Source of the DNA: Mobula hypostoma
Lineage: Eukaryota
Assembly (NCBI RefSeq): GCF_963921235.1
Contig: NC_086097.1
Coordinates: forward strand, 73,100,001-73,164,000
Reading direction: 5' to 3'
Length of the DNA: 64,000 nucleotides
Position numbers and translations under genes: made by a program. This document shows, piece after piece, positions 39,051-51,658 of this stretch; positions within the stretch are counted from its first letter, which is position 1, and each line of letters opens with the position of its first letter. The notes under the pieces are model-generated. The model was not told where the DNA came from and made no database searches. It saw only the letters and a list, made by a program, of their open reading frames with translations.

Positions 39051-40407
39051 CATTTGACAAAGTGCTGCAAATGTTAAAGCTGTGAAGGTGGAGCATTGGC
39101 AACTTCAGTTGCCACCTTTGCTTCCTTGATAACTGAGGAATCATCCCTTTTACAGCAGGTGACTTCTATTTTAAGAATACCTAACTTTTAATTGCCTTTT
39201 CTATTAAATATCACTGCTACCTTCATTGGCAGAATCCTTGTTGGAGAAGGCAGTTCTGAAATAGCATCTATACCTCTGTTCAAAATGTCTTTGTAATTTT
39301 AAAAGTCAAAGGCTGCATATGCTAGAAATCTGAAAAAAAAACAAAATGCATTGTCAGTTCTGACTTTCAGATGATCTTGTCAGCTCTTTGATGTACATGC
39401 TGTTTTAAATCTGTGAGTAAGGGCGTTGGTCCTCCTTAAGCTAGTTTCATGAAAACACATCATTTTGCATATTCCCTTTGTGTTTCTCTGTGCAATGCTT
39501 TGGAATATCTTGAGGTGAATGTGAATGCATGCGCCAGCTTGATGTTGAGGTGTGGCTCCACGGTCTCGTATGAGGAACAAAAATGTGATTTTTTTTCATT
39601 GATTACTTCATAATAGCCTTGTAGTTTTTAAAAAGTGCTGATTTTAGAACAACGCTGATTTTTGCAGTGAAGTCATGCCACTTATTCCCTGAAAGATGTT
39701 GCAATCGAACAATCCTTGCACAGTGGACAAACAGTTTTCCAGTTGCATTTGCTTTAGGTGTTAGTTAATGGGGATCCTAATGCTTAACAGCTGTACTGTT
39801 GGGTCAAATGGGCTGTGGAGCTGATTACTGAAGAAGTTTCTCAAAGCAACATAAGGAAAAAACAATTTTAAGCATGTTCAAACCTTTTGCAGAGGCTGGA
39901 ATCATTTTTTGGAATACAAACAAAGATTAAAGCAGAAGCTGAAACATCACTTAAATTATTTTAAATACAAAATATTATGAAATATTTATCCACAAACAAA
40001 TTGTTCAGTAAAAATTACAGCTTTATAGGGCATTTAAAAAAAATCTTGTCTTCTCCAATAAAGCTTACCATTTTTGAGATTTTGAGTAGTGAGAATAGTT
40101 TGCCTATGTCTGGACATTCTGCAAGATTAATGTTCACTGTAAAAAAAAATGTTGAAAAGCAGTGCATCCTGTTCAGGGGCAGGGAGTTGCTGAAACTTCA
40201 GTCTTTCTGGTTAATTACATGTATAGACTCTGTATGCTGATGCCTGCATCAAGGGTGCAGATTCATATTAATTCTTCGTACATTCATAATGTTCAGGCCT
40301 TTTATGAGGATTACAAAATTGCAGAAATATGAATAAGCAAGATTAGCATTCTGAAAGAATTCTAATTAAGAACATTATCCATATCCCTTCCCCGTAACAT
40401 TATCTCA

Positions 40408-40705
40408 ACAAGAGAAAATCTGCAGATGCTGGAAATCAAAACAACACACATAAAGTGCCTGAGGAACTCAGCAGGCCAGGCAGCATCCATGGAAAAAAGT
40501 ACAGCTGACGTTTCAGGCTGAAGCCCTTCAGCAGGGCTGAAGAAGAAAAGCTGAGGAGTAGATTTGAAAGGTCTAAAGATTTCAAATCTACTCCTCAGCT
40601 TTTTTTCTCCAATTCTGCCGAAGGGTTTCAATCCGAAATGTCAACTGTACTTTTTTTCCATAGATGCTGCCTGGCCTGCTGAGTTCCTGCAGCTTTTTGT
40701 GTGTG
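40408..40705. mobile_element. Palindromic Penelope terminal-repeat insertion with variant hammerhead motif
   Basis: Inverted arms about 40445-40568 / 40580-40706; imperfect 20-bp TSD (17/20) at 40388-40407 and 40706-40725. Confidence 0.85.
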
Positions 40706-41899
40706 TTCCCCATAACGTTATATCACCTTTGCAACCTCTTTCAAATTCCTTACAACTGATCTCGTATCTATGCTCCATCAGCTGTTGAGGCTTCAATCAT
40801 CTAAGCTAATATAAGTTGTTGATAAAAGCAGTCAGCTTCAGGTAGAAAATGTTTTGTCAGAACTAAAGCTGTAACCTACCCCCTCTATTTTTGTACCTAA
40901 CGTCCTCACTTGCCTATTGACTTGATCAACTTGAGTGTTAATTGGAGGCTGAGAATTGTTTGCTTGTTCAGCACATATTGAACCAAATGGAATCCAAGCT
41001 GAAAGTTCATGAAAGAGCAGCTAATTAGTATGTGTTCAGTATCGCACAATTGTGACTGATCAGAAGACGTTAAATCAACTAAAGCTTCCAAGCAGCAATA
41101 AAATTAGCTTACACCAGCACTTTAAATGAAGGAAATTGTACTGGTTGAGCCTCATTGGATATCTATTTTCAGCATCCAATAAGACTTGACTTGCTAATTA
41201 TCCTTTTGAGAATTTATAGCTGACCACTCAGTATTCTGGAAATGTTCCCACTATCCACCCTCCAAGTGCTAAGTGTTTTTATTTTTGCCTTAGCTTTGGG
41301 TTCATTAGGCTAAAATATACTCAGATGTACTTCATATGATATTATGTGCATATCAATATCAAACTGATATTTTACTGTTCATTACTTTTTCATATGCTGC
41401 ATGAGTAACGTGAAGTTTGAACTTTAGAGCAGTACAGATCAACATGGTGATGACTGATTGAAATCTATTAAATGTTTTCGTGACATTTATAGGAAGAGGG
41501 CAATAAAGACAACTGAATCCTTAAAAGGCACGTTAAGGATAGGAATAGAAACCAGGAAGGGTCATTCAGCCCACTGTACCTGATCCATTATTATTCAGTA
41601 TGATTGTGACTGGCCTTTCAATTCAGCAGATGAAGAAATTGCTGATAAATTATTAGTTGTAATTTTTCAGATGCAATGCAATTTAATCAAGAAAAATGAG
41701 AAAGAGTAACCAGAAAATTATTGACTACATATACTGTAATCTACTTGAGAATTTTGAACCAAATAGAGTGTCATTATTATGTGTAATTGGTAATTTGTGC
41801 CTAGTGAAACAGTTGACTGATGGATCGTCTTGCTATGGAGTTTTTATATTTTAGTGGAATGCATTTGTTATAATACTTAAATATTTACAGTTTATCATC

Positions 41900-42675
41900 T
41901 AATAAGTATTTTAATCTCCAAATCTATCATATCGATTTACCACCTTTCAGTCTTTTGGTACTAGTCCTGTGGCCAGTGAGGACGCAAAGATAGTCAACAT
42001 CCCAGCAATCTCTTCCTTCACTTCCTGTAGAAACCTGGGGTATATCCAATTTTCCCCCAGGGACTTGCCCATCTTAAAAACTCCCAACACTGTCTCTTTC
42101 TTAACCTCAACATGCTCCAGCATGTTCTGTGCTGACCTCACATTTGTCAAGCTTTCTCTCACTGCTGAATACTGAAACAAAGTATTCATTAAGGACCTCC
42201 CCTATTTCCTCCATTTCCAGAAATATGTTTCCTCATTTATTCCAGCCTGATCCACCTTCATTCTATTCACCCTCCTGGTACATGTTGACCAGCTTGGGGG
42301 TTTTCCTTAATCCTAATTGCCAAGGCCTTCTCATGTCACTTTGTAGCTCTCCTATGTCTCTTCTTAAGTTCTTTCCTGGCTACCTCATAACACTCAAGAG
42401 CCTTATCTCATTTCTGCTGCTTAAACCTTCTTTCATCATCTTGACTAAATGCTTCATCCCACTTGTCAACCATGCTTCCTTCACTCTACCATCCTTTCCC
42501 TGTTTCATTCGGAAAAACCTATCCAGAATAGCATGCAAGTGGTCCCTAAGCATTCTTCACTTTTCTGCTGTGCATTTCTCTTTAAGAACATCTGCTCAAT
42601 CCTATTGTAATTCACCCTCCCCCAATTACATACTTGCCCATAACCATTTGCACCTATCCTTGTTCATGGCTGTAC
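41900..42675 (-). mobile_element. CR1 LINE internal fragment
   Basis: KSLGENWIYPRFLQEVKEEIAGML..SSLATGLVPKD (SPGPD-like region). Confidence 0.75.
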
Positions 42676-43329
42676 CATTTATTACAAATCAATCTGATAA
42701 GAGTTTTCTAAGTTCATTTATTGAAAAGTGTGTTCCTATTCCAAGTTAAATGTTCTGGGAATGGAGTACTGTGCAGACAGGAGGCATAAAGGTCATTGAC
42801 TTTCTAGGTATATGAGTTGGTGACATTGACGTTCAAGGCCAAGTGTTTGGGGTCCCGTTATTGAGTCCAGAATTTGAGACCTGGAGTTCAGGGTACTTTG
42901 TGGATATGCAACGTTTGAACTGGAATATGTGGTGACACTTGTGGGCTGGCCCCAGCATACCCTGCGTTGTGTTCTTTGTTAATGCCTCACCCCTCAGAAT
43001 GTCACGTTACTTTTACTACTTAAACTAAAAGTGTCTAATTCATATATTGTACTGCTTTCAATTAATTTTTGTTTCAATCTTGCTTTGAAATTTGTATATC
43101 AGTTTATGTGACTTCAGACAATGAGCTTTATTAATACTGAAGGTGCTCCTGTGTTTGTTCATGCAAGAAGAATCTGTTATAAAGGTAGCTTTGACTGCTG
43201 ACCAGTGAAAGGAACAAGACTCTAGTCCAGTGTTGTACACCCGAGTTAGGGAAGTGTGTAGGGCTGGGCTGTGTCTGTAAATAGTTGCAGCAGTGATAGA
43301 GCCTGCATTGTTTAGGTTGAGGTAGTTTA

Positions 43330-43730
43330 TGATCATTTATGATCCTTCTGTTAAATTCGAAGAGACTTGGAGGCCATTTATTCAATACTTTCATATGATG
43401 TAGTTTGACCCTCTCCAAATCTATTCTGCTACTTTTAAATATATGGAGAGAGGAGCGGAGTTAATGACACCATTGGTTTTATCTGATGTAACATAATAGC
43501 CCATTTCTTTTTCGTTTTGGGACATTTCTTTTTTCTTTTTCCATGATATTTTTGTATTTTTTTTCTATATACTACTATAGTGGTACTCTATAAGATTTTG
43601 GGAGGTTAATATCTGTGTATTAACTGTGTTCATATCTATGTATATTAATTATTAAGAATGTAATCCCAATAGCTTTGTATCAATTCTTTGTAATGTTTGA
43701 GAATTTGATATTAATAAAAAAAATTGAAAA
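43330..43730 (+). mobile_element. L1/Tx1-like LINE extreme 3' end with TSD
   Basis: Encodes YDPSVKFEETWRPFIQYFHMM* (resembles an L1 ORF2 C-terminus), AT-rich 3'UTR, AATAAA and A-rich tail; perfect 16-bp TSD AGGTTGAGGTAGTTTA at 43314-43329 and 43731-43746. Confidence 0.8.
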
Positions 43731-45142
43731 AGGTTGAGGTAGTTTAATTTCATTTTTCATTTTTTTTAAGAACTCAGAAACTTGTGAACAAGCATTATGG
43801 TATGCTACTATCACAAAATTAAATTGCTCTCCTGTTGACTGATTGCAGTGACTTTGACTTTTTAGTGAACTGTGCAAATTCAGAGTTTGTTTGCCTACGG
43901 AAATGTTGTTATTAATGGTCTTGGAGACTTCTATGCTAGATTGCTCTGTTCTTGAGCTAGCACTTCACATATTCCATGATACAGAATGCCTCACATTTTT
44001 GGCTACCGATCAAGTTGTGCAGTGATCCACAAAAGTTGCATTAATTAGGAAACTTGTGCCAGGAATGTGATCCTGTTTTTTTTTGCTGGATTGAATATGT
44101 TGATTGATAGCTTAAATGATAGAAATGTGTTTAAGTAAAATAAATCATCATTCTGATTGTTTAGGGGAGGCCCTTATGGCATTTAACATTTGTTCAGAAT
44201 GGTCGCATTGTTATATTTTCTATCATATTCCTTTACCTGATATTTTACTTATTGAAATCAGTATATCGGTGCAGGGAATATATTTTAATGTAATTTTTTT
44301 GGTATGATTAGTGGATTTTACACCTCGCATCATAACTGAATGACAGTCATATTTTTCTATAAATAGTGATGCTTCTGCAAGAACAGGTGAATTGTTTTTG
44401 ATCTCCATTCTCAGTATGTGAATTTCATTATCTACAAATTTCTTCTTGCCCATTCCACTTCAAGACTGAAAGCTGTGCAGTCTCTGCATTTGCTTTGATA
44501 GCTGAGTAGAGTTCTCTGAATTTCCAGAGATAATCATTTTTGGTCTGTACTCAAAGTTACTACACGTGAATGCACTGAAACCTGATTCTACAACATAGTT
44601 ATGATTTCTCCCAGCTTGTACATGCAAACTGAAGGTTTGTAATGAGCAAGATTGTACACATAGTTTGGAATATAAAATATTCAGTTTTAAATTATAGTAT
44701 CATTGTTGTCTTATATTATAGTATTTTATTTATTTGGACATAAATTTAATAGAAATCAACTGACTAAGGCTTTAATTTTAAAACCTCTGCAATATAGTTA
44801 CATATTCAGAGACGTCGTGGTCAGTGTACTGCATACAAATTGCAGCATTAGTGTTAGAACAGAATCTCCCCACTTTTTTTAATCTGTATTGACTAAAATC
44901 AGAAAATGTGTTTATATTTAAGGTTTGGAATTGATTGCTGGACTACATCACATTGTCTAGTGATAGATTTTGACAGTAGTGGTGCACGAGGGGTTTGTAG
45001 CTGGGGGATGTTTCTTACTGTGTGTAATTTTTTTTAATATAAAATGTCGTTTTACTAAATTGGGCAGACGTTTGGGAAGTTTGGTATTGCACACAGTGTA
45101 GAGTGATCAAGGTTTGTAGCAAAAGGCAGATTCAAAAATGGA

Positions 45143-45248
45143 AACAGCAGAGTCCTGACGAAGGGTCTCGGCCTGAAACGTTGACTGTACCTCTTCCTAG
45201 AGATGCTGCCTGGCCTGCTGTGTTCACCAGCAACTTTGATGTGTGTTG
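45143..45248 (+). mobile_element. 106-bp solo Penelope terminal-repeat insertion
   Basis: Perfect 12-bp TSD TTCAAAAATGGA at 45131-45142 and 45249-45260; body matches the PLE termini elsewhere in the window. Confidence 0.9.
45151..45186 (+). ncRNA. Minimal type I hammerhead ribozyme motif (PLE-type)
   Basis: AGTC-CTGACGA-AGG(GTCTCGG)CCT-GAAAC-GTT-GACT: stem I AGTC/GACT, core CUGANGA, stem II AGG/CCT, GAAA, palindromic ACGT stem III, GUU cleavage triplet. Confidence 0.8.
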
Positions 45249-45544
45249 TTCAAAAATGGATGTCCTTTTTACATTATTATCATGAGATGAGTTTGGCAGA
45301 TTGTTTGCTTTTATTTGTGAGCAGAGTATTTGATGGATTGAATACTCAATTGTACTAAACTGGAATGTTCAGCTGACTGCCTATCCTGTCAAATCCTGCC
45401 TGTGGGACCAAAGATGTTCCAATTTAATAAAATATATTCCCCCTCTGCTCTTTGTTAAAGGGCGTTGTCAGAAATGAATAAACTGAATTTAATCCAGACA
45501 TTCAGAACAATAACCAAATTATAATGAAGCATGGTTTCAGATGG

Positions 45545-45830
45545 CCATAGAGCTGTACGACGTAGAAACTGCCCTTTTGACCCACTGTGTCAATGCTGAA
45601 CATCTATGCTTATATGTACCAATCCCACTTGCATTAAATCCATACCCCTCTATGCCCTGCTCATTCAGTTATTTGCCCAGATACATCTTAAATCTTGTTG
45701 CTGTTCCTGCCTCCACTGCCACCTCAGGCAGCTCATTCCAGATACCAATTACTATTTGGGGGGAGAAAAAACTTCCTGAATCTCCTTTAAACCTCTTCCC
45801 TGTTACTTAAGCCCAAGGCCTCTGGTTTTA
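45545..45830 (-). mobile_element. CR1-type 3' end fragment
   Basis: cctgcctccactgccacctcaggcagctcattccag matches the CR1 3' regions at 37140 and 63545. Confidence 0.65.
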
Positions 45831-46079
45831 GGGAGTGAATTTTAATTTGGATATGGCCAAAGAGCTCTTGAATTAATGAAGTTTAGCACTCCACTGATGT
45901 ATCTGCTGTAAATGAAGTACAATAAGAGCTACTTTCTGTTTTCTGATCTGTCTTTTCTCAAGCTGGGATCTTAGTAAGAAATTAAATTTTTTCTCCTAGC
46001 ACTGGCTGTTTAAAAATAAGTGTGGTATACAGGCAAGAGAACAATTTTCTTTTTCAAACACACCTTTATCATTATAAAG

Positions 46080-46510
46080 GAGAGGCAAGCTTTAGTGGGA
46101 GTAGCCATTTTGAGAGGGCTGCCTTGAGGCAGTTAAGTTCATAGTGTGGGCTTCGATGAGTAGGATAAGTAGTGACTATGTAAGGTTTTTAATCTTACTA
46201 TCGTAATTGAAGGTAGTAGACACAAGTTATGGAGGCTAGGTGGTGCCATGTTCTACCTATAGTTTGAAGTTAATGTTTCAAAGTCCCTGACATCATGGAA
46301 GTCCTTCGTATATGGGGAGATGGGGTGGGTTAAGAGTGCTGGATGTTGGGGTTGGGGGGGAGGAGAGGGATGATGGAAGGTAATTCTGTTGTGTGGAAGG
46401 CAGATTGATGTTCCTGTGGTTGCATGTTGACAAATAGACTTCTATGTGCTTGGGTCAAGGATATCTCTGAGTAGCTGCTGGACATTCTGAAAGGCTGACC
46501 AGCTAGAGGT
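46080..46510 (+). mobile_element. CR1 5'/ORF1 remnant
   Basis: gtcaaggatatctctgagtagctgctggacattctgaaagg (VKDISE.LLDILKG) resembles the CR1 ORF1 esterase region. Confidence 0.5.
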
Positions 46511-48735
46511 AGTGATGCTTATAAAAAGTATTTACCCGCCCCCCCCCCCCACACTTTGGAATTTTTCATGTTATATTGTTTTACATTATTGAATCATAGT
46601 GGATTTAATTTGGCTTTTTGACACTAATCAACAGAAAAGACTTGTGTCAGAGTGAAAGCAAATTTCTACAAATTTGTGGTAAATTGGATTAGTAAGTATA
46701 CAGATGATAGTAAGATAGGTGGTGTGGATGATGAGGTAGGTTTTCAAAACTTGCAGAGAGATTTAAGACAGAAGAGTGGGCTGAAAGATGGCAGATGGAG
46801 TTTAATGCTGAAAAATGTGAGGTGCTACATTTTGGTAGAACTAATCAAAATAGGACATACATGGTAAATGGTAGGGCATTAAAGGGTGCTGTAGAACAGA
46901 GGGATCTAGGAATAATGGTGCATAGTTCCCTGTCTCATGTGGATAGGGTGGTGAAGAAAGCTTTTGGTTTGCTGGCCTTTATTAATCAGAGCATTGAGTA
47001 TAGGAGTTGGGATGTAATGTTGAATTTGTATAAGGCATTGGTAAGGCCAAATCTGGAGTATTGTGTACAGTTCTGGTCACCGAATTATAGGAACGATGTC
47101 AATAAAATTGAGAGAGTACAGAGGAGGTTTACTAAAATGTTGCCTGGGTTTCATCTCCTAAGTTACAGAGAAAGGTTGAACAAGTTAGGATTTTATTCTT
47201 TGGCGCGTAGAAGGTTGAGGGGGTCTTGATAGAGGTGTTTAAAATTATGAGAGGGATTGATAGAGTTGACGTGGTTAGACTTTTTCCATTGAAAGTGGGG
47301 AAGATTCAAACGAGGACATGGGTTGAGAGTTAGAAGACAAAAGTTTAGGGGTAACATGAGGGGGACTTCTTTACTCGGAGAGTGGTAGCTGTGTGGAATG
47401 AGCTTCCAGTAGAAGTGGTTGAGGCAGGTACAATGTTGTCGTCTAAAGTTATATTGGATAGATATATGGACAGGAAAGGAATGGAGGGTTATGGGCTGAG
47501 TGCAGGTCGGTGGGACTAGGTTAGGGTAAGAGTTCGGCATGGACTAGAAGGGCCGAGATGGCCTGTTTCCGTGCTGTAATTGTTATATGGTTATAAATTG
47601 GTCTAAATTTATTATAATTATTAAACACAAAATAATTGATTGCATAAATACTCACCCTCTTGAAGTCTGTATTTAGTAGATGGACCTTTGGTAGCAATTA
47701 TAGCCTTGAGTCTGTGTGGATAGGCACAGAGCTTTGCACAACTGGACACTGCCATTTTTCCCCATTCTTCTGTACAAAACTGCCCAAGCTCTGTCAGATT
47801 GCATTGGGATCATGAATGAACAGCCCTTTACAACTCTAGCCACAAATTCTCAATTGGATAGACTCTGACGTGGCCACTCCAGGAGATTAACTTTGTTGTT
47901 TTTAAGCCATTCCTGTGTAGCTTTGGTTTTGTGCTTGGAATCATTGTCTTGCTAGAAAACAAATCTTCTCACAAATTGCAGATCACTTGCAGACTGCAGG
48001 TTTTTCTTGAGGATCCCCCTGTATTTTGCTGCATTTATTTTACCCTCTACCTTCACAAGCCTTCCAGCACCTGCTGCAGTGAAGCATCCCCATAGTATGA
48101 TGCAGCCACCACCATGCTCACGGTAGGGATGATGTGTGGTATTTGGCGTACACCAACATAGTGTTTAATCTGATGGCCAAAAGCTCAATTTTGGTTTTAT
48201 CAGACCATAGAACCTTCTTCCAGCTGAGACTCCCACATAACTCCTGACAAACTCTAACTGAGATTCCATGTGAGTTGTTTTTTTTTCCAACAGCGGCTTT
48301 CTCTTTGTCATTTTCCCATAAAGCTGCAACTGGTGAAGCACCCGGGCAACAGTTGTTGTATACACAGTCTCTCTCATCTCAGCCACTGGAGGTTGTAACT
48401 CCCCCAGAGCTGTCATAGGTCTCTTGGTGGCCTCCCTCACTAGTCCCCTTGCACGGTCACTCAGTTTTTGAGGATGGCCTGCTCTAAGCAGATTTATAGT
48501 TCTGCCATATTCTTTCCACTTCTTGATTGAACTATACTCCAAGGGGTATTCAGTGACTTGGAAATTTTCTTCCATCCATCTCCTTACTAGTGCTTTTCAA
48601 CAACCTTTTCATGGAGTTGCTTGGAGTGTTCTTTTGCCTTCATGCTGTAGTTTTTGCCAGGATACTGATTCACCAGCAGTTGGAAATTCCAGATAAAGGT
48701 GTGTTTTTACTACAGTCAATTGAAACATCTTGACT
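46511..48735 (-). mobile_element. Tc1-family DNA transposon, decayed, split by a CR1
   Basis: ORF 48165-48575 (IKKWKEYGRTINLLRAGHPQKLSDRARGLVREATKRP); catalytic-region DNA at about 48000-48160; repeated aagtatttaccc/aaatactcaccc motifs at about 46525 and 47645. Confidence 0.85.
46676..47595 (+). mobile_element. CR1 LINE 3' part inserted in Tc1; close sibling of 55290-56205
   Basis: YTDD, MEFNAEKCEVLHFG, LYKALVRPNLEYC; tail tgttatatggttata. Confidence 0.92.
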
Positions 48736-49300
48736 ACAGACATGAAAGTAAGGAGGTTATGTTCCAATATTATAAAACTTTGGTCAGACCTAGGCTTATG
48801 TGCTTTTCTGGTCACCATTTTATGGGAAGGACAGGACAGCACTGGAGAGGGTGCAGAGCAGAGTCACTAGGATGTTGCCAGGGGTGGAACAGCCCAGTTA
48901 TGAGAAGAGACTGGAGAAACTCTTCATGGAGTAGAAGAGGTTAAGAAGAAACATGATTAAGATATAGAAAATTTGGAAGTTTACATGTAGTGGACTATCA
49001 GAAGTTCTAAGTTAGTTAAAAAGTAGAGGATATAGATTTTGAGTGAGGGGGAAAAGATTTGGAGCAGATACAAGGGAAAATTTCTTCAAGAGAGTGTTAA
49101 GTTCTGGGAATGATTTGCCAGAAAGAGTGGTTGAAGATAGGTGACTGACAGCATTCAAGTGTTTAGACGAGAACTTGAATCACCTAGACACAGAAGGCCA
49201 TGAATCAAATGCAGGAAGATTGTATTAATATGGAAAACTGTCTACTGGTTGATATGGATGAGTTAGCCTGAATGTCCTGTTTCTGTGCTATATGACTCAA
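48736..49300 (+). mobile_element. Old CR1 3' end
   Basis: SKEVMFQYYKTLVRP; tail cctgtttctgtgctatatgactc. Confidence 0.75.
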
Positions 49301-51261
49301 ATCTGTCTATTAGTCTGCTACATAATGGGTATTTGTGTGTACTCGAGATTCATTCCTGGAGTTCTTCTGTTCCACAAACCCATTCACAGTGTAGAGTGGG
49401 ATCAAACAGGCAGTGTGATCACTCCAACACTTTTCTCAAACTTCCTCACCACATAATTGTGTCTTGCTTTCAACAAGTTTAGTGCCAAAAATAGAGGATA
49501 CCTGCAGACAACTGGGAATCTATTGAACTTCTGTTGCTTAACCAGGATCACTGCAGCCTCATTCATTGCGTTGCGGAGTGTAGAGGGTGCAGGCAACTAT
49601 GCATTTCAGAAGTGATGAGGTGTACAAGAGAAAGAACTTTACATTAAACATATGTAAAGCATAGGTCCTCTACCTGCTGTATAGCACCACCCCGATAAGA
49701 AAGTTCTAGCATAATATTGTGGAAAATGTTTAACCATTTCTTGATGAAGACAGCCATCAAGGATGAAATTTACCTCTACCTTTAGTGTGGCAGCATAGCT
49801 TTCAAATTGGAGGGTTATATATTCAGAGATTCAGACCTCAAACTTGGCTCAAATCTCATGGTGCACTGGTCATTTGTGATTATCTCCCACCCATATGCTT
49901 GAGACATTACATACCTGCAAGTGGGAAGCTCAGAATATTAGAGCAGGGCCACTGTGTTCTGAACAATATCTTCAAATGCACTGTCAGGATAAACAAGGAA
50001 ATACTGGTAGCTTCACCCAGGCCACTGTACCCAGCATCTAATCACCTTCCACTGATGCCAAAATGTTCTTGTGCCTAACACAAATGGATGGTCATCTCGG
50101 TTTCTTTGAAGTTTTTGCACAATAATTGCATTATCAGCAATTTATTGCAGTTTATAGATTGTTAAATCAGTTTCTCAGCATGAGCATCTTGAGTTCTTTA
50201 GTAACTTGTGTAGATTCAAAAGATTTTTTTTTACTCTAAGCATAATCAAAATCTGATGTTAAGCAAATGATGGCAGTACCCAGGCCAGGTGGCGACTATA
50301 GAGCAGGAAGCAAAGTTGCTTCATGTGTACAGGCATCACAAGAGTCACTTAAAATCAAAGAAAAAAAAGCAAAATACTGCAGATACTGAAATATAGTCAG
50401 AAGCTTCTGGACCAATAAGCTGATGTCACATTTGTGGAATTACAATTGATTTCAGGTTGATGAACTTTTATTAGAAGTGGAAAAAGTTTGTAGTAAATGG
50501 TTTTAAGATGCAGCAGTGGGGCAGAAGAAAGAGAATTACTCTGAGGATGGTGGACAAGTAATTAAGTGACATAAAGGGTGATTTTGCAGTGGAGGTGTAA
50601 ATATAGACGTATAGATGAATAACAAATTTGACCTATCTGACCTGAGAGTTTGCATCATTTTCTGTCTTTTTCAACCTATGTATCACTATTTGCCCTTGAC
50701 AGTAGTGAATTCTTCCTTCAGATTATAGCCTACTGATCCCTGCTGGCAGATATGTGTGCACTGAGAAATAAAAATTCCCTTTATCTCCTGCTCTCCCTTA
50801 TTCCACAACTGAATTGCCTGTGGAAAACACATTGTTGTTTTTACAAATGGAAGTTACCTTTGGCAAGACACCAGAAACCTATCCGCAAATTAACATATTT
50901 AGGATTAAAAAAAGAGACATTATTTTACAACGTCACTTTGATTAACTTGGTATGTGCTGAATGTTTGGTTGTGGTGACTCAGTAGCTAGTGGCACAAATA
51001 GAACCACATTGACTGAAGTGGGCTGAAATTCTGACAAAGTATTCAATTTGCTGACTCAAAGTTGTTTTAATCTCTTGTCAAGCAGAATCAGACCAACTCG
51101 TGTTTCCTCAGTGAGTCAGACTGCTCAGGAAAGCTAACTTGTGTTCTGCTTCTGTTAATAGTTTAATCATGACATTGTATCTATTTCAAAGGTATTGTCC
51201 ATTTAAAATATCTAGTTCACACCTGACACCAGTGTATTTCTCACCCAATCTTCATTTGTTA

Positions 51262-51658
51262 TCACCCAAGAAACTCTGCTAATGCTGGTAATCCAGAGCA
51301 ACTTGCACAAAATGCTGGAGGGGCTCAGCAGGTCAGGAAACAGTCGATGTTTCGGGCTAAGATCCTTTAAGCGTCTTCCCCCTTCCTTTCCAGTCCTGAA
51401 ACCCTTTCTTCTATGGTCCACTCTCCTCTCCTATTAGATTCTTTCATCTCTAGCCTTTTACCTTTCCCATCCAATTGGCTTTACCTAGCCCATTCTAGCT
51501 AACCACCTTCACCCCGCCTTTTATTCTTGTCTTTCCCCCTTCCTTTCCAGTCCTGAAAACACCATTGATACTGCCCTTACCTGCATCTCCTCCATTCCCC
51601 TGACAACCATGCACATCCCACTTCCCGCCATCTTAACAGAGAGATAGTTCCTCTAGTC
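51262..51658. mobile_element. Penelope-like fragments (inverted terminal repeat plus RT C-terminal part); continue at 53112
   Basis: cacaaaatgctggagg..cagtcgatgtttcgggc terminal repeat; 51560-51658 is homologous to the reverse complement of about 23500-23600. Confidence 0.75.

Noticed and set aside
42129..42749. 206-aa plus-strand ORF
   Set aside because: Antisense to a decayed CR1; low-complexity S/L/F composition from pyrimidine-rich DNA.
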